Notes: a model not told the origin generated them from the letters alone. A stretch of 64,000 bases of DNA from Leucoraja erinacea (GCF_028641065.1 NC_073380.1:16678001-16742000); one strand, 5' to 3'. Positions 11,501 to 26,500 are shown, counted from the stretch's first letter. Numbers and translations are program-made.

Positions 11501-14500
11501 TGTAATCGGGCATGCTCCCCAACATTCAAATATGGGATACGGGATTCACAATACGGGATTGAATTTGAACCCAATAATCTGGGCTGGTTTGAAACACAAC
11601 AGGCAAAAACAATCTTATATTGCTACCCAGTTTCTCCTTCCAAAAAATTACATGAATTTCTTCTGATGTTCTTAAAACGCATGAAAAGCAATATTGCAAT
11701 ATTCACAGAAAAAATAAATTCCTACCAGAATGCACTCCTCCAGATCCATTTTTTCAAGTTCATGACAATTCTGGAAGATAAATCAAGAAAATCACTAATG
11801 AATTTCAGTATAATGTCCTACTTAAGTTTTAGGCTCTCTGCCAAACATATCAGCATAATTTAAAATCGTGTTTAGCATAAATATGGTAAACCCTCGTTAT
11901 AATGGGCTGTGGTAGGGAGGGGGGGGGAGGGAATGGTGTCCGTTATTGCTGATTGCCCGTTTACACAGAAGAGACACAAAGTGCTGGAGTAATGCAGCAT
12001 TACTGGAGATGACGTTGGAACCTTTCTTCTGACTAATTTAGTCTGCTGAGTGATTCCAGAACGTTGTGTCATTTCACCTTAATACTAGGCGCTGATGCCG
12101 CTGGTTTGCATCAGTGAGCCCTTCGTCTCTCTCTGCATGGTCTGGTGACACGACTTGTTGCGGCACACGTTGTAGCCGCTAGCCATCGGTGCCTTCTTCA
12201 GAACACTGCTGCCGACAAGAAACACTTGGTCACAATGGGGCTCTCTCCCCTCTCACCTGCTGCTGCTGCTTCCAAGCTGGAGTACGTTGGCGACTCCGGG
12301 AAATGACGAGAGGAGGAGGCGATGGTGGAAGGGGGGGTGGAGGAAAGGTTGAATGGACAGAGGGCAGGAAAAGGAGGAGGCAGCGATGGTTGAGCGGGGA
12401 GCAGTCAAGGCGACGAGCCAACAGGAAAAAGCAGCAACAGTTGGGAGGGCAGAGAGCTCTATGGTGACCGAGTGTGTCCTGTCGGTGGTGGTGGCCTGGG
12501 AAAAGCATTGTCCCCAGGGGCTGCAACGTGAACCACAACAACAGCTGCTTCAACCGGACCATGTGGTGATGAAGAAGGGCTCGCTGGTGCATCTTGCGAG
12601 TCGGGAGTGGCGTTGGAAACTAGGCCTCGAAACAGCCAGAGAGGCACTGCGTGCCAGGGGGTGATGTTCACAGGTCCGTCCGCTACCTCTAAAATCCCTA
12701 AAAAAAAGGGTCTGCTATAAAGGGGTCTATTAAAATTAGAGTTTAATGTAGTATCTTGCTCTTATGACTGATCTTCTGAAACATACTGACTGTTTAATAT
12801 ATTTTTTAAATCCGTTGTTGGTATTCATTTAAAGAAGGATAACATTGAAAACAGCATGATGCTAAGCTTGTTTAGAACCACACTGTGCATTATGAACAAT
12901 TCAGCTCTCTATTATACATACAAGAATAGAGGCCCTTGAGAAGATGTACAAAAATCATAAAATATGAACCAGGATTAAGAGGATATCTCAGTAGCACAAT
13001 CTCCAAACAGAAAAAGCATATTCTTTATTCCTTGTTGCAAATGCCTATTTCACTAACTGGACAATGCTAGCACTGTTCATGTTAGAGGTAAGTTAGAGAG
13101 AAAGCAGTCTCTTGGGACCAAATGGCAGCAGCAGCAGCCAGATCGGTGACATTATAAGTGGCTCTGTTGTTCATCAATGGTAGGTCGAGGTGGGAAATAG
13201 TGATTAGTCAGGGCACAGATGGGCATTTCTATAGTAATGAGCAAAACTGCAGGATAGCGTATTGTCCCGCTGGTGCCAGGGTCAAAGATGTGCCTGTGTG
13301 ACCACAGTACATTTTGAAAGGAGAAGTTGAGCACACAAGAGGTTGTGGTCCATTTTGCGACCATATTAAAATGTTTTATTCCATATGTTGTTGAGTTGAA
13401 ACCACAGCTGTAGACGTCATCTGTTCACGATTCCTAAAGTAGTTAAAGTGAAAAGCAAACTCTGTTCCCGAAAGGACAATCGACCATTGACTTCACTTGT
13501 CTATTGTTTTTCAGCTCCCAGTTACCTTGTTCAGTAATACAATCTTTTAGAGCAGGATCTACAAGCTAGATTAGATGTATGAATGATTGAAATGTTTGAA
13601 AGATACAGCATGGAAACCGGCCCTTCTGCCCACCAAGTAGATGCACATATTTACACTAATCTTATATTATCCCACTTTCTCATCCACACTTGGAGCAATT
13701 TATAGAGGTCAATTATCCTGCGGAAAGAACCTAGAGCACCCAAAGGAAACCCACATGGTAACAAAGTAACTATTATCTTTAGGTTGAAGAAAAGCCTCTT
13801 CCCATCAAATGTAACTATGTTTTTAAATGTTGTTTAATTTTTAATATTATATAAAACAATTGCTGAAAGTTTTAAAAAAATGTATTAATTAAATTAGGTG
13901 ATCAGGCCCTTAAACAGTTGAAGCAGCTTTTGGGATGATAATCAGCCAGAGACACCAATAGCAAAAATCAAATACACAGGACAAGATGTTAAAAGTCCCT
14001 TGTGCCAATAGGTGGGGAGCATTTCACGACATTCGTTGATTGTTGAGAGTGGTAGACGCTCAACATCGGTGGGGGGCGGGGAGGGTGATACGTATATCTT
14101 GGCCTGTGTAACCTTCAGGATAGTTGGGCACAGGACACATCATCAGTAGTGTACCCTTGCATCACTGGGTGTTTCAGCCTTTTAACACTATACACCCTCC
14201 ACAAGGGCGGCCCGCTGCAGGATGATCAGCCCTCAGCGCGTGTCCCGTGTCAAACCATTCCAAAGATTCACCCTGAGGTACTTGGGGCCCAGCATAACAA
14301 TATGCACACCAGCATATTTTTGTCTGCAAGAAAAATACCAACTTAGAATAACTGATAATTTATTGTCTATTTATTTGTTGTTGTGTGGCATCTAATGTAA
14401 TGCTGCAGCAAGCAAAACTTCTATTCTTCCAGTTCGTATCCAGTGCATATGACAAATAAACATTCCTGATCTTGTATTTACCTTTTTAAAGTGATTTTCA

Positions 14501-17500
14501 CAAATATTGTCATAGAATCTCACAGCATGGAAATAGACCCTTCAGTCAAACATGCCCATGCCAACCAAGATGCCCCATCTAGTTGTCCCATCTGCCCACT
14601 TGGCTCGCATTTGGCTCATATCCCTGTGAACCTTCCCAATCTATTTTAAATGTTGTTATAATACCTGACTCAGTCAGCTGGCTCACTCAGCTCGCTCTCC
14701 CTGGATCCCATGTGATCTAACTTTCCATACAGAAACTTAACAAATGTCTTGCTGATGTCCATCTTGACAATATCTACCGATCAACCTTTATGCTTTGCCA
14801 TAGAGCCACACCGCGTGGAAACCTGCCCTTTAGCCCACACTGGCCAACATGCCCATATCCTTTAATTAACTCCTAGATCCCTCTGCTCTTCAATACACAC
14901 GAAAGCCATTCTATTCACTGTGAAGGTTCTGCCCTGATTTGACTTCTTAAAAAATAACTCCTTGCACTTATCTGCATTAAACACCATTCCTTAGCCCAAA
15001 CAATCAAGATCCTACTGCAATTTTTTTACAACAATATTCGCTCTACTTCACAATCCACTCACTTTAGTTTCATCTAGAAACTTACTAATCATGCCTGGTA
15101 TGTTCTCATTCAAATAATTGATATGGTTGGCATACAGCAATGGGCCCAGCACCAAACTCTGAAGCACACCAATAGTCACAGGCCTCCAGTCCGAAAAACA
15201 ACTTCCACCACGCTTCTTTCCATGAAGCCAATTTTTAATCCGGTTAGCTAGCTCTCCTTGGATCTCATGCTATCCAACCTTCCAGAGTGCCTACCATGCA
15301 GGACCTTGTCAAATGCCTTACGGAAATCCATATATACGTGTAGCTCTGCCCTCATCAACCTTTTTGGACACATCTTCAAAAAATGCAATCAGATTTGAGA
15401 GACACAATCCCCCATGTACCTGCTGACCATCCCTAATCAGCCTTTGTCCATCCAAATGCACGAATATCTTATCCCTCAGAATACTTTCCAACCACAAATA
15501 TTAGACTCACTGGCCTTTAGTTCCTGGGCTGTTCCTTGCAGCCCATTTTAAATAGAGACACAACATTTGTCACACACCAGTCTTCTGGCACCTCATAAAT
15601 CTGACTCATAAATCTTACGCAGGGCTCCTGCAATTTCTTTTCTCTCTTCCCAGTGTCTTCAGATATATTTGGTCAAACCTGGGAAATTTGTTTACCTTCA
15701 TATGCATTAGTACCTTCAGCACCTCATCCACTGTAATATTGACTGCCTTCAAGACACTCCATTGGCTGCCCTAAGTTCCCCGGCACTCATGTCTTTCTCC
15801 ATAGTAAAAAAACAGAGGGGAAATGCTCATTAAGGGTCTTGCTAATCTCCTGTGGCTCCACACAGATTTGATTCCTGAGTGGCCACATTCTCTCTCTGAT
15901 TACTCTTTTTCCCTTAATATACTTACAAAATCTCTGGGGATTATCCTTAATATTATCTGCCATTTATTCCTGCCCCCTCCTGATTTCCTACTTTAGCGTG
16001 CTCTTCGGTTCCCAAAACCTCTTCAGGAATACACTTGATTACAGCTGCCTCCACCTGCTCCAATGCCTCCTTCTTATACTTGACCCGAGCCTTAATTTCT
16101 CTCTTCATCGAAGTTTCCTTACGCTCTTCAGTCTAACAGGAACATGCATGCCCTGAACTCTTGTCAGCAAACTTTTAAAAATATCTCACTTTCCTGACAT
16201 TACTTTTCCTTCAAACTACCTGCTCCAATCAACTTGAGCAAGTTCCTGTCTAATATCTTCAAAGTTGCCCTTGCCCCAATTTAGAATTTTTACTTGTTTA
16301 TTTTAATTGAATTTGTTAATTTAACTGCCCTGTCTCTATCCATAACCATCTTAAACCTAATGGAACAGTGGTCGCTGGGCCCAAAAGTCTCATCCATAAA
16401 CACTTCATCCACTTGCCTCTCCCAATTTCCTAAAAGTAGATCAAGTGTTGCCCACTCCTTTGAAGGGCCCTCTGCACATTGCCTGAGAAAACTTTCCTGT
16501 ACACATTTGACAAATTCTGTCCCATCTAAATCTATGACAACCATATTAGTTCTGCAGCTGCCTGCAATCTCCTGGTATGTTTGCACTTCTAATTTCCGTG
16601 GACTATTTAGGGGCCTATAGTACACCCCAACAAGGTGATCATCCCTTTCTTCTTTCTCAGCTCCACCCATATAGCCTCACTAGACGAACCACCAGTTATT
16701 TAATCTCTGACCACTGCCATGACATTCTCCTGAATCAATAAAGCAACACCCCCTCCTCTTTCACCACCACCTCTACCTCTCCTGTAGCATCAGTACCCTA
16801 CAACATTAACCTGCCAGTCCTAAACCTCTCTTAACCAGGATTCTTTATTGACTACAACGTCCCAGTTGTGCACACCTATCCACGCCCTGAGTTCATCTGC
16901 CTTACCCGTCAAACCTCTCGCATTAAAATAAGTGGAATTCAAACCAACAGTACTTACTCGTTCCCTACAATTCTCTTGCCTATTCTGTCCGCTGAACTTT
17001 CTTTCATCACCTACCATTCTGACTTCCAGCCTCTCATCTACCTTGGTCCTGCGTAGGATCCCACCCCCCTGCTAATCTAGTTTAAATCCACCTGTGTAGG
17101 ACTAGCAAACCTGTCTGCCAGGATACTGGTTCCATGCTAATTATCTCTAATAAGTCCCTGTCTATCCAAGTGGACAAGCATATGCAATGTAGGAGTAACA
17201 GGGTAATTTGACACAGCAATCTGCTGAATTTAGTTGAATTTCAGATTCAGATTCAGATTCAATTTTAATTGTCATTGTCAGTGTACAGTACAGAGACTAC
17301 GAAATGCATTTAGCATCTCCCTGGAAGAGCGACATAGCAAACGATTTGAATAAATAATAATAAGTGTCCGGGGGGGGGTGGTGATTGGCAGTCACCGAGG
17401 TACGTTGTTGAGTAGAGTGACAGCCGGAAAGAAGCTGTTCCTCGACCTGCTGGTTCGGCAACGGAGAGACCTATAGCGCCTCCCGGATGGTAGGAGGGTA

Positions 17501-20500
17501 AACAGTCCATGGTTGGGGTGAGAGCAGTCCTTGGCGATGCTGAGCGCCCCCCGCAGACATGGGGAATTTGACCCATTCCCCATGCCCTTTGCCCGTGTGT
17601 GCTTACTAGAATAGTATACAATGATTCTCCACGCAATGAATTCTCCATCCTGGGGATCAGACATAAAAGCATAGCAAGATCTCATTGGTAGCAAAATAGC
17701 ACCACTGTGGCTCTATATCCAGTATTTCGAGGTAGTTTTTAAAAGAACACAACGTTGGAGCATCGCTTTGGTTCTTATCAAAGCAGAGGGGCATTAAAAT
17801 GTCTCTGATAATTAAAACTATTGAGAATTTTGCTTCCAAATGACATATTCACTGTGTTACAACTTCAAAGTTAACTTGACTTTTTATTTGCAACTGATAA
17901 CATAGCTACATGCTTACTCTTGCAGTAGTGTGATCATTGAAATCAATGGCTTTTTAAATGATAATTCACAGATACACACACAATTATAACAACTATGATG
18001 AATCTGCATCCCAAAGAAACTTACTCTTGCTAACACTGTAAAGCCAGCATCTGTCAAATGTGAACATCGCGCTACCTCCAAGATCCTGAAAAAAAAAAAT
18101 ACAGCAGCCCCCGTAAATCATTTTAAAATCCAACTGTACCAGATTCAAAGTCTTTAATCTCTGCAGTTATTTATAATTCTTGATGAATTAAAAAATTGCA
18201 GCAATGTAGAAAATGAAATAATGGATCTCAATGATTACTATTTTATTGAGACAAGAAACTGCAGATGCTGGAATCTTGAGCAGAAAACCCAAAGTGCTGG
18301 AGAAACTCAGTAGGTCAGGCATCACCTGGGGAGGAAACAGACTGGCAACATTTCAGGTCAGAACCCTTCTTCAGATTGTCCATTTACTCAATGGCTGCTG
18401 TCTGACCTACTAAATTCCTCCAGCAGTTTTAAAAAAAAATCACTATTTTTTTCACTTGCCATTAATTTAGCTAACCCCAGAATTTGTTTGCATTAAGATC
18501 AATTTCACACATTATGTCCAAGTATTACAAAACTGCAGTGACTATTAACAGATATATGGACCCCCCTTTGATGGTTTTAATTGAACCAAAAGTACAGACT
18601 ATATTTCACAAAGTATTATGCAGCTTTGCTTTTTCCTAATGTACAAATATACTGACCTTTAAACACTTCCATTTTACAAAAAACTTTGAGGAGGATTACA
18701 AAAAGAACATTCTGGAAGTCAAACTGTTTACAATTATGGAAGTGTTTGCAACCAAAAGGCAATTTATCCTATTGTCATTGTGAGCATGATTAAATGTTCT
18801 AATTTAACAGTGTATGTTGAAAATAAATGGTGTGAACTTAGAAATAGTTTAGAACTTATTTTGAGACTCCACATAGCCAGAGTAGTAGGTTAGAGGGTGA
18901 AAGATGCACTTCCAGGTGATACAGTAAAACTGTAATGAAAAAGAGGGTGAAAATGCACTTCCAGGTAATAATGTAATAAAAAGAAACTGCAGATGCTGGT
19001 TTATACCAATGATAGACATAAAATGCCGGAGTAACTCAGCGGGTCAGGCAGCATCTCTGAAGAAAATGGATAGGTGATGTTACAGGTCGGGACCCTTCTT
19101 CAGACTCCTGCCTTTAGCCAAAAAAAACACAGACTATCAGTGCACCTCCTTGCCTGGGGTCATCTGTTACTGGCCCTGATTTCACCAGTTTTTAATGCTT
19201 CCAGTTTTTTTTTCACCCACTCTCGCTACTACAATCAGTCTGAAGAAGGGTGATGACCCGAAACGTCTCCTATTCGTTTTCTTCAGAGATCTGCTGATTT
19301 ACTCCAGCATTTTGTATCTATCTATGGTATAGTAAGAATGCAGACCATGGTGGCTTAACTGTGCTGAATCTCAGCTGCAACAACAAGAAGGTTAGTGCAA
19401 TTACTCCGAGCTGGAATAGCACAAGAGATGATACAATTAGCTTCAACCAATTAAGATAGGTGGTGATGATCTGGAAGACACTGATGTTATGGACAGGGGT
19501 GAATTGCAAATAATACTCATCCAGATTCTTGCTCAGGTGATTAGCATTAACTTATAAATGGCATAAACTACAAAAATCTAATAGCCCCAAAATTGAACCA
19601 TGAATTTTCAATATTTTGAACAGTCATGCAGAAACCTCCTGGCTTCCAATACTGAAGACCAATATCAACAAGAACTAGATGATGGACAGCTGTACAGGAG
19701 TGAATCTCTCAGTTCCTTACTTTTTCAGACTTTCTATCTACATCATTTCTCAATCAGATATGATAAAAAATGAACCACCACCCACTTCAGCAATTCAGTT
19801 CAGCAACATTTAAAAAGTTGAGAATTTTTAGAACAAACTAGTCTATTTCAGTCGAGCTCATCATAAAATTGAGTCTTCATTCCCAATCCATTATGTACTG
19901 CAGCCACTTACCAAGTTTATTTTTCAACACTTCCCAGGTCTGCAACCTCTCTCCCTTGGAGAAAAACAGGACATCAAATTCAAGAATAGACAGCATCAAG
20001 ATCCCCCTTTCCCATCACAACATTTTGAGCTGCAGCTATTGACTAATCACATTGCACAGCTGAAGCTGCAGATGGACTCACAATAGAGCATCCGCAATCT
20101 CCTGGACACTGCGGATGGCACAGTTGTTAGCCTGTCAGCCCAAAAGTAATAGATGCACAGGGAGAGAAGTGATGAGTGACCACTAGAAAAAGCAGTAGAC
20201 ACAGGCAGGTAGGACTGGAGTCCCTTGTGGCCAACACCAGCATAAACAGATATACACTGTGTCTACTGCTCTGTGGACACTGTTAAGGAGCTACCTGATC
20301 AGGAGAAAACCATCTCCTAAAACTGTAGCAACACATTTGACTCTGTTCCCCGGAAGAAAGAGAGCGCTATTTTGGAGGCAATATTGTGAAGGTAACAGAC
20401 TAGCTTTGGTCCTTTTTTTGGGGGCCATCGATGAGGCCCTGAGATGGTATGTTGCCTACCTGTTGCCAGAGTCAAGAGTATCTCACAGTAGGTGCAGAAT

Positions 20501-23500
20501 ATTCTGAGGGGGAGGATGGTGAATAGTTAATGGTTAATGGACACGTCTGTACCAACGACATAGAGAGGAAAAATAATCAGGTCCTGCAACCGCCACGGAT
20601 GTAAACTTTGGATTATTTCTGATGCCTGGCACTCCTGAGCAAAGAAATAGGAAGATAGGTGGATATAATATGTGGCTGCAGCAATGGTGGCAGATCATTG
20701 GGACTGTTTTGGGGGGTAGGTGGGATCTGTGCAAGTGAAATGCAGATACAAGGAACTGCAGATGAGGGTCCTGCCCCTCCTCTCTTCCCGCTCCCCCACC
20801 CCCCATCACAATCAGTCTGAAGAGGGGTCCCAGCCCGAAACGTCACATATCCATGTTCTCCAGAGATGCTGCCTGACCCGCTGAGTTACTCCAGCACTTT
20901 GTGTCCAAGGCAAATTGGATCCAAAATTGGGTTGATATTAATTGATGAGAGGCAAGGACTATTTATATGATTGGAAGTCTGTAAACAGTGGTACCCGTGC
21001 CCTTACTGTTTTCCATCCACATTTATGACCTAGATTTTAATGCAGGATTTGTAAATTTGCAAATGACACACAAATGAATTACAAGCAGGATAGTCTCGGA
21101 TTACAGAAAGATATTATAGGATGGTAAATTGGGCAAAGCAATAGCAGATGGAATTTAACCCTAATGAGTGGGAAGACAGTCATTTTGGAAGGTCAAATAA
21201 GGGTAAAGAATGAAGGTAAGGATAACAAGGTATGGAGGGCACATGGGGAAGAAATTCTTCACTCAGATTAACACTACAGAGATTCTCACAATAGTTATAA
21301 TGTATCTAGTAGAAGACTTGATATAAAACTATAATCTAGGTGCTGGTAATTGAGATTAATCCAGATGGGTCTGAAGGAGCACAGCCAGTCAGAAAGCATC
21401 TGTTGAGGGAAATCGACAGTCAGTATTTCAGGTCATGGATTGAAAGATTAGTATAAAGAAGCAAGGGACTGGGGTGGGCGCTAAAACTGGATAGATACAT
21501 TCAGGTGAGGAAGGGTCGGTTGGTGGATAGAGTCATGTGGGGGAGGGCATGGATGGCAACAGCTTGTACAACAGTCAAGAACCTTAAAGCTAAATAAAAC
21601 AATGTAGTCCACTTAACTGACAACCCATTTCCCCCATAACATGAATTCCCTCCATCAACAGCACACTGCTTCGGCACATGTACACAATGCAGTTCTTGCC
21701 ACAGAAACCTCTTTAGCATCTCCCAATTACACAAGCAGTAACGCTGAGGAAATCCACACATGCATGTTCCCCTCCCCTCCAAATCACAGAGCATCCTGAC
21801 TTCAAAATATAATGTCATTCTTTCATTATTGCTTGGTTTCCTGGAGTTCACATCCTGAAAATGCCGTGGAAATATCATCCTGCAAGAACTGCAGCAGTCT
21901 TGCAGTGATGTTTAAGGCTGCAGGTCACCTTCTCAAGGCTCATTGAGACTAATCAATAAATGATGACTTTGTCCACATTTCAATATTGGAATAAAGAATA
22001 ATTTTCGGCTCACAATCATGCAGGCAGCACAGACACAAAGAATACAGATTCTAGGAGAAAGCCATCACTAATTTCTAATAGCAACTATACTCCAAACCGC
22101 GGAGTGTCCCGTCCCAACGTCAGAGCTTCGATCATCCCGACGAGAGGGCCTGTACATGGGGCCGTCTGTAGCGGCGACTACGGAGGGTCAAGGCCCAACA
22201 CGGGTGAACAAAAAGCAGGAAGACTGACTGAATTTTATTGCCTTACATCACAGTGATCACTGTGGTGGATGTTTATGTTAAGTTCTATCGTGAATTGTGT
22301 TCTTTTAATTGCATGGCTGCATGGTAACTCAAACATCACTGTACCTTAATTGGTGTATGTGACAATAAATGTGAACTTGAACACAGGAAACAAGTGCAAA
22401 CTTGCTCACTTGACCCAGTTCCTATGGACAAACTTGTGCTGGACAATGTGAAAAATAGTAACACACTACATCGTTGCTTAGCAAAAAACAACAATTGCCA
22501 CGATAAACAACTCATTGGAAGATTGTTGGCAACAGTGCTAAGATAATTTCTTCAGTAAATTGGAGGCAAAAGAAGGAGAAAATCTACACCTGATGTCTAG
22601 ATTATAACAATCTAACATCGTGCACTATACACTATAAATGGATTTCTTACCATTTATAGAGTATTTTAAATTACATGATATTAATTTTATATTTGATCTG
22701 TGTATCAATTGCCAAACGAGCACAATCTTACTGGTAAAATCATTGCAACAACATCCAGAAACAACTAAAGTTAAATAAAATTGTGAAATCACACCAAAGC
22801 CTCTACTTCCAATGAAGGCTTAGGAATTCGGCATGTCCCCAATAACCCTCAAGAACGTCTCCATATGTGCTGTAGAAAGCATTTATCGGGATGCATCACA
22901 GCATGATTTGGGAACAGCTCCATCCAAGACGGCAAGAAACTACAAAAAATTGTGGACATAGCCCAGACCATCACACAAACTAACCTCCCTTAATGCATCG
23001 ACTCCATCTACACATCAAGCTGCCTTGGCAAGGTCCACCATCATAATCAAGGAGCAGTCTCATCCCGTCACTACCCCTTCTCTGCTCTCCCATCAGGCAA
23101 GAGGTACCGAAGTTTGAAAACGCCTACCTCCAGATTAAGGGACAGTTTCTTCCCAGCTATTATCAGGCAACTGAAACTGTTGTTTCACCAACTAGAGAAC
23201 CATCTGTCCTCCTATCTATCTTATTGGAGACTTTCAAACTATCTTTAATTGTATTTTACTAGAGTTTATGTTGCACTAAATGTTATACCCTTTATCCTGT
23301 ATCTGTTCACTGTGGACAACCTGATTGAAATCATGTATATTCTTTACTGGACAGCACACAACAAAAAGCTTTTCACTGTACCTTTGCAACCGTGACAATA
23401 ATAAACTAAGCTAAACTAAATAAACTAAACTATGTACAAGAACAAAAAGTCATTGGGTTCAAAGAGGATGTCTGCACTTTGCTAATCTGAAATGCCACCT

Positions 23501-26500
23501 AGTCATCATGTCAGTTTTCCTTAATCCTATCTCTAATGACATTGTATTGTATTGCATTCAAATTTATTGTCATTGTCTCAATTTGAGACAACAAAATGAA
23601 TTTCCCTTACAGGCAGTATCATAAAAAAAAAAATCCAAAAAATAAATAAATAAAAAATAAATGATAAACATATTAAAAATAAAATTGAAATTGAATTAAA
23701 AAAAAGCACAAACACAGAAAGTCCACGACACAACATAACGTAAATGGCACCAAGGTGAGGATGGCACTATAGTCCAGCCAGCCTCCCCTCCGTGTTCATC
23801 CGTGCTTATGTCACCATTTGTTTGTATGGGCCTTTTTTTCCATCTTGTCATTAATTGGAACCATCCTCACATAATTTCCTTATATTTTGTTTTTCTCTTT
23901 AAACTGGTTCCATTAGAGCTTCGTTCGCATGAAGCAATTTTAACCATCAAATTATCTCAACTTTTTGATTTTCCAATGAAAACCAGTGTTCAGAAAATAA
24001 TTTTAATACTATAAAGGCTTAATTATATACCATACAAGTGCAGTAATTATGTGATTAGATAACCAACTAAATAAATACATTCTTCGTCTAAATGAAGAAT
24101 GACCAACACTGCTTTTAATTTACTCCCTTGTTAATGTTGCTCAATGAAAACATTGTAAAGAAAAAAGTTGCATTTATACTGTGTTTTTCACTACCTTTGG
24201 ACATGCCAAAGCACTTTATAGCAAATAATGCACATTGGTGTGGCCACCATTGTCATTTTGAAACTCCACGCAAAAATCTCCCACCAACTCCTTTATTGAT
24301 TAAAGTTAATAACGCAATGACTTCCGGCTTTATAAATTACTGTAAAGGAGAGAAAATAAAGTATTGATTTAATAAATCTAAAATATGCTATTCCAGAGAT
24401 CATTGCACTTCCTCAGCATTGCATGGGAGCATCAAACCAGCATTTGTTTTCAAGAATATGCAGTAGGATGTGAATCTTCTAACTCTGATTCAAGAGTAAC
24501 ACCAATTGAGCCATGGCTGACAGCACAAAACTACATCACCCTCTTCAAAAATGGGTTGGATATTAAACTGTGAAATATTTGGAATGTTTTGTGACCTAAA
24601 GGTACTATGTAAATTGCAAATTATAGTTACTGCAAATAGTAGATAACTATAAGCATTTTATTTTCAGTATTAACACTTGAACATCGGATCTGATTAGTAC
24701 TCACTTTATTCTAGGACAATTCAATCCCAATGCGGTTATGGAAGCATCAGTAATATTTCCACATCCAGATACACAGAGAAATTGGAGTTTGTGGCAACCT
24801 CTGCAAACACTTACTAATCCTTCATCTGTGATTTGCTACGACAACAAACAAAATTTACAGATTATTAACTTCCACAAAATATCACATTGATTACAAATCA
24901 AATAGATGCTCAGAATTTGTGGATAATCACATGGAGGCCACATCAGGTATTAATTTTTATCACAAACAGTGATGCCTCAAGGAAGGGTTTCCTCCCAAAA
25001 GGTCATGGAGTCTCTGGCAACTTGTTTCATGCCCCCACCACCCTTTGTGTCAAAACGTTACCCCCTCAGATTCCTATTAAATCTTTTTCCCTTCACCTTA
25101 AACCCATGTCCTCTGGTTCTTGATTTCCCCTTCTCTGGACAAGAGCCTCTGTGCATCTACCCGATCTATTCCTCTCATGATTTTATACACCTCTGTAAGA
25201 TCATCCCTCATCCTCCTGCACTCCAAGGAATAGAGCCCCAGCCTACTCAACCTCTCTCTGTAGCTCAGACCCACTAGTCCTGGCAACTAGTAGTGGTAGG
25301 CTAGAAAATAAGAAATGGTCAGTTCTCAAGCAAACAATCCCAATCTCTCCACACTTACGCAGCACCTGGCTGCTGAGTAGGTGGGGGTGTGAACAAAAAT
25401 ACTTGATTGATTTTGGATATCCATTTCTTTGGAAACTGTAACATGCTCATTTGGTGGTCCTTCATATTCTGTGGTCCAAATAGAGAAGCCAAGACCCAGG
25501 AAAAATTAATGACATTTCACACACAAGGTAATCAATGAATGGCATAATAACTAATTTCAGGTTCTGGACATTCCTGCTTTCAAAGTGTAAAATACATCAA
25601 TAAAAGTATTGTGCAAAGAATATTCTCAAAAATCCATTATTGATTTCTGCTCCAAATAACAGCGTCTCCTTAGAATTACTTGAGTTTGTCAGTTAGTGAA
25701 GGATAATTGGATTCATTGGAAATGCATCATGCTCATCATGTCACATGAACAGATTTCATAGAGCTGTGTTCATTGCAGACTCAAGTGCAGAAAGTTGTGG
25801 TTCATGATTCCAGAGCACTTCCTGGTGGGTTTATTGGCACAAATTTCAGGCAAAATCATAATTACGGACAATGATGAGTACTTTATGTAATACATTACAC
25901 ATTTATGAAATCACCAAACATCGATTAAAGATGCTTCAGCAGTGGGAGCACAATCGCCAAATAAAATCGATCAATATAATCTGGTCAAAAAGAATTAAAT
26001 AATCAAACAATATTTTTTTTAACATCAAGAGATTAGAGTGGGTCCTTTAGAGATTAGACATTCCATTGAACTCCAAGGGAGCAAATTTTTGTATATAGTA
26101 ATTATCATTCCCAGTTTCAGAACTTCCCCTTAAAGGAAACTAATTAGTAAATTAGAATAGCAAATGGAAAAGAAAATTGAGAATGCTAACTATACACAGA
26201 AACATGGGCGGAAATCCTGGGGTGGGGGGGGGGAAGGGATACGGCCCTCCCATGGTTTGAGAGGTGGGGGACAACCCACCCCATGTTTTGTAATCCGGAT
26301 TTTGAAATTTGGTGAAAAAAAATTGATTAAAAACGCTGTTTACCATGAGACAGTGGGGGTGTCACTGTTAACCGCTTGTTAAATGTCCCTACCAACATCG
26401 TATTAACACGATGTGTCACCAATTGCGTTTTGACCTTCAAGTATTACTGAAGGTATTCACGGAGAATTTCTTAAAGTGGTGGATGGGAAAGATTTAAAGG

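Noticed and set aside
18893-18983. Local ~48-nt tandem duplication agagggtgaaa(g)atgcacttccaggt
   Set aside because: Two copies only, adjacent to a Penelope-like insertion; no sign of function
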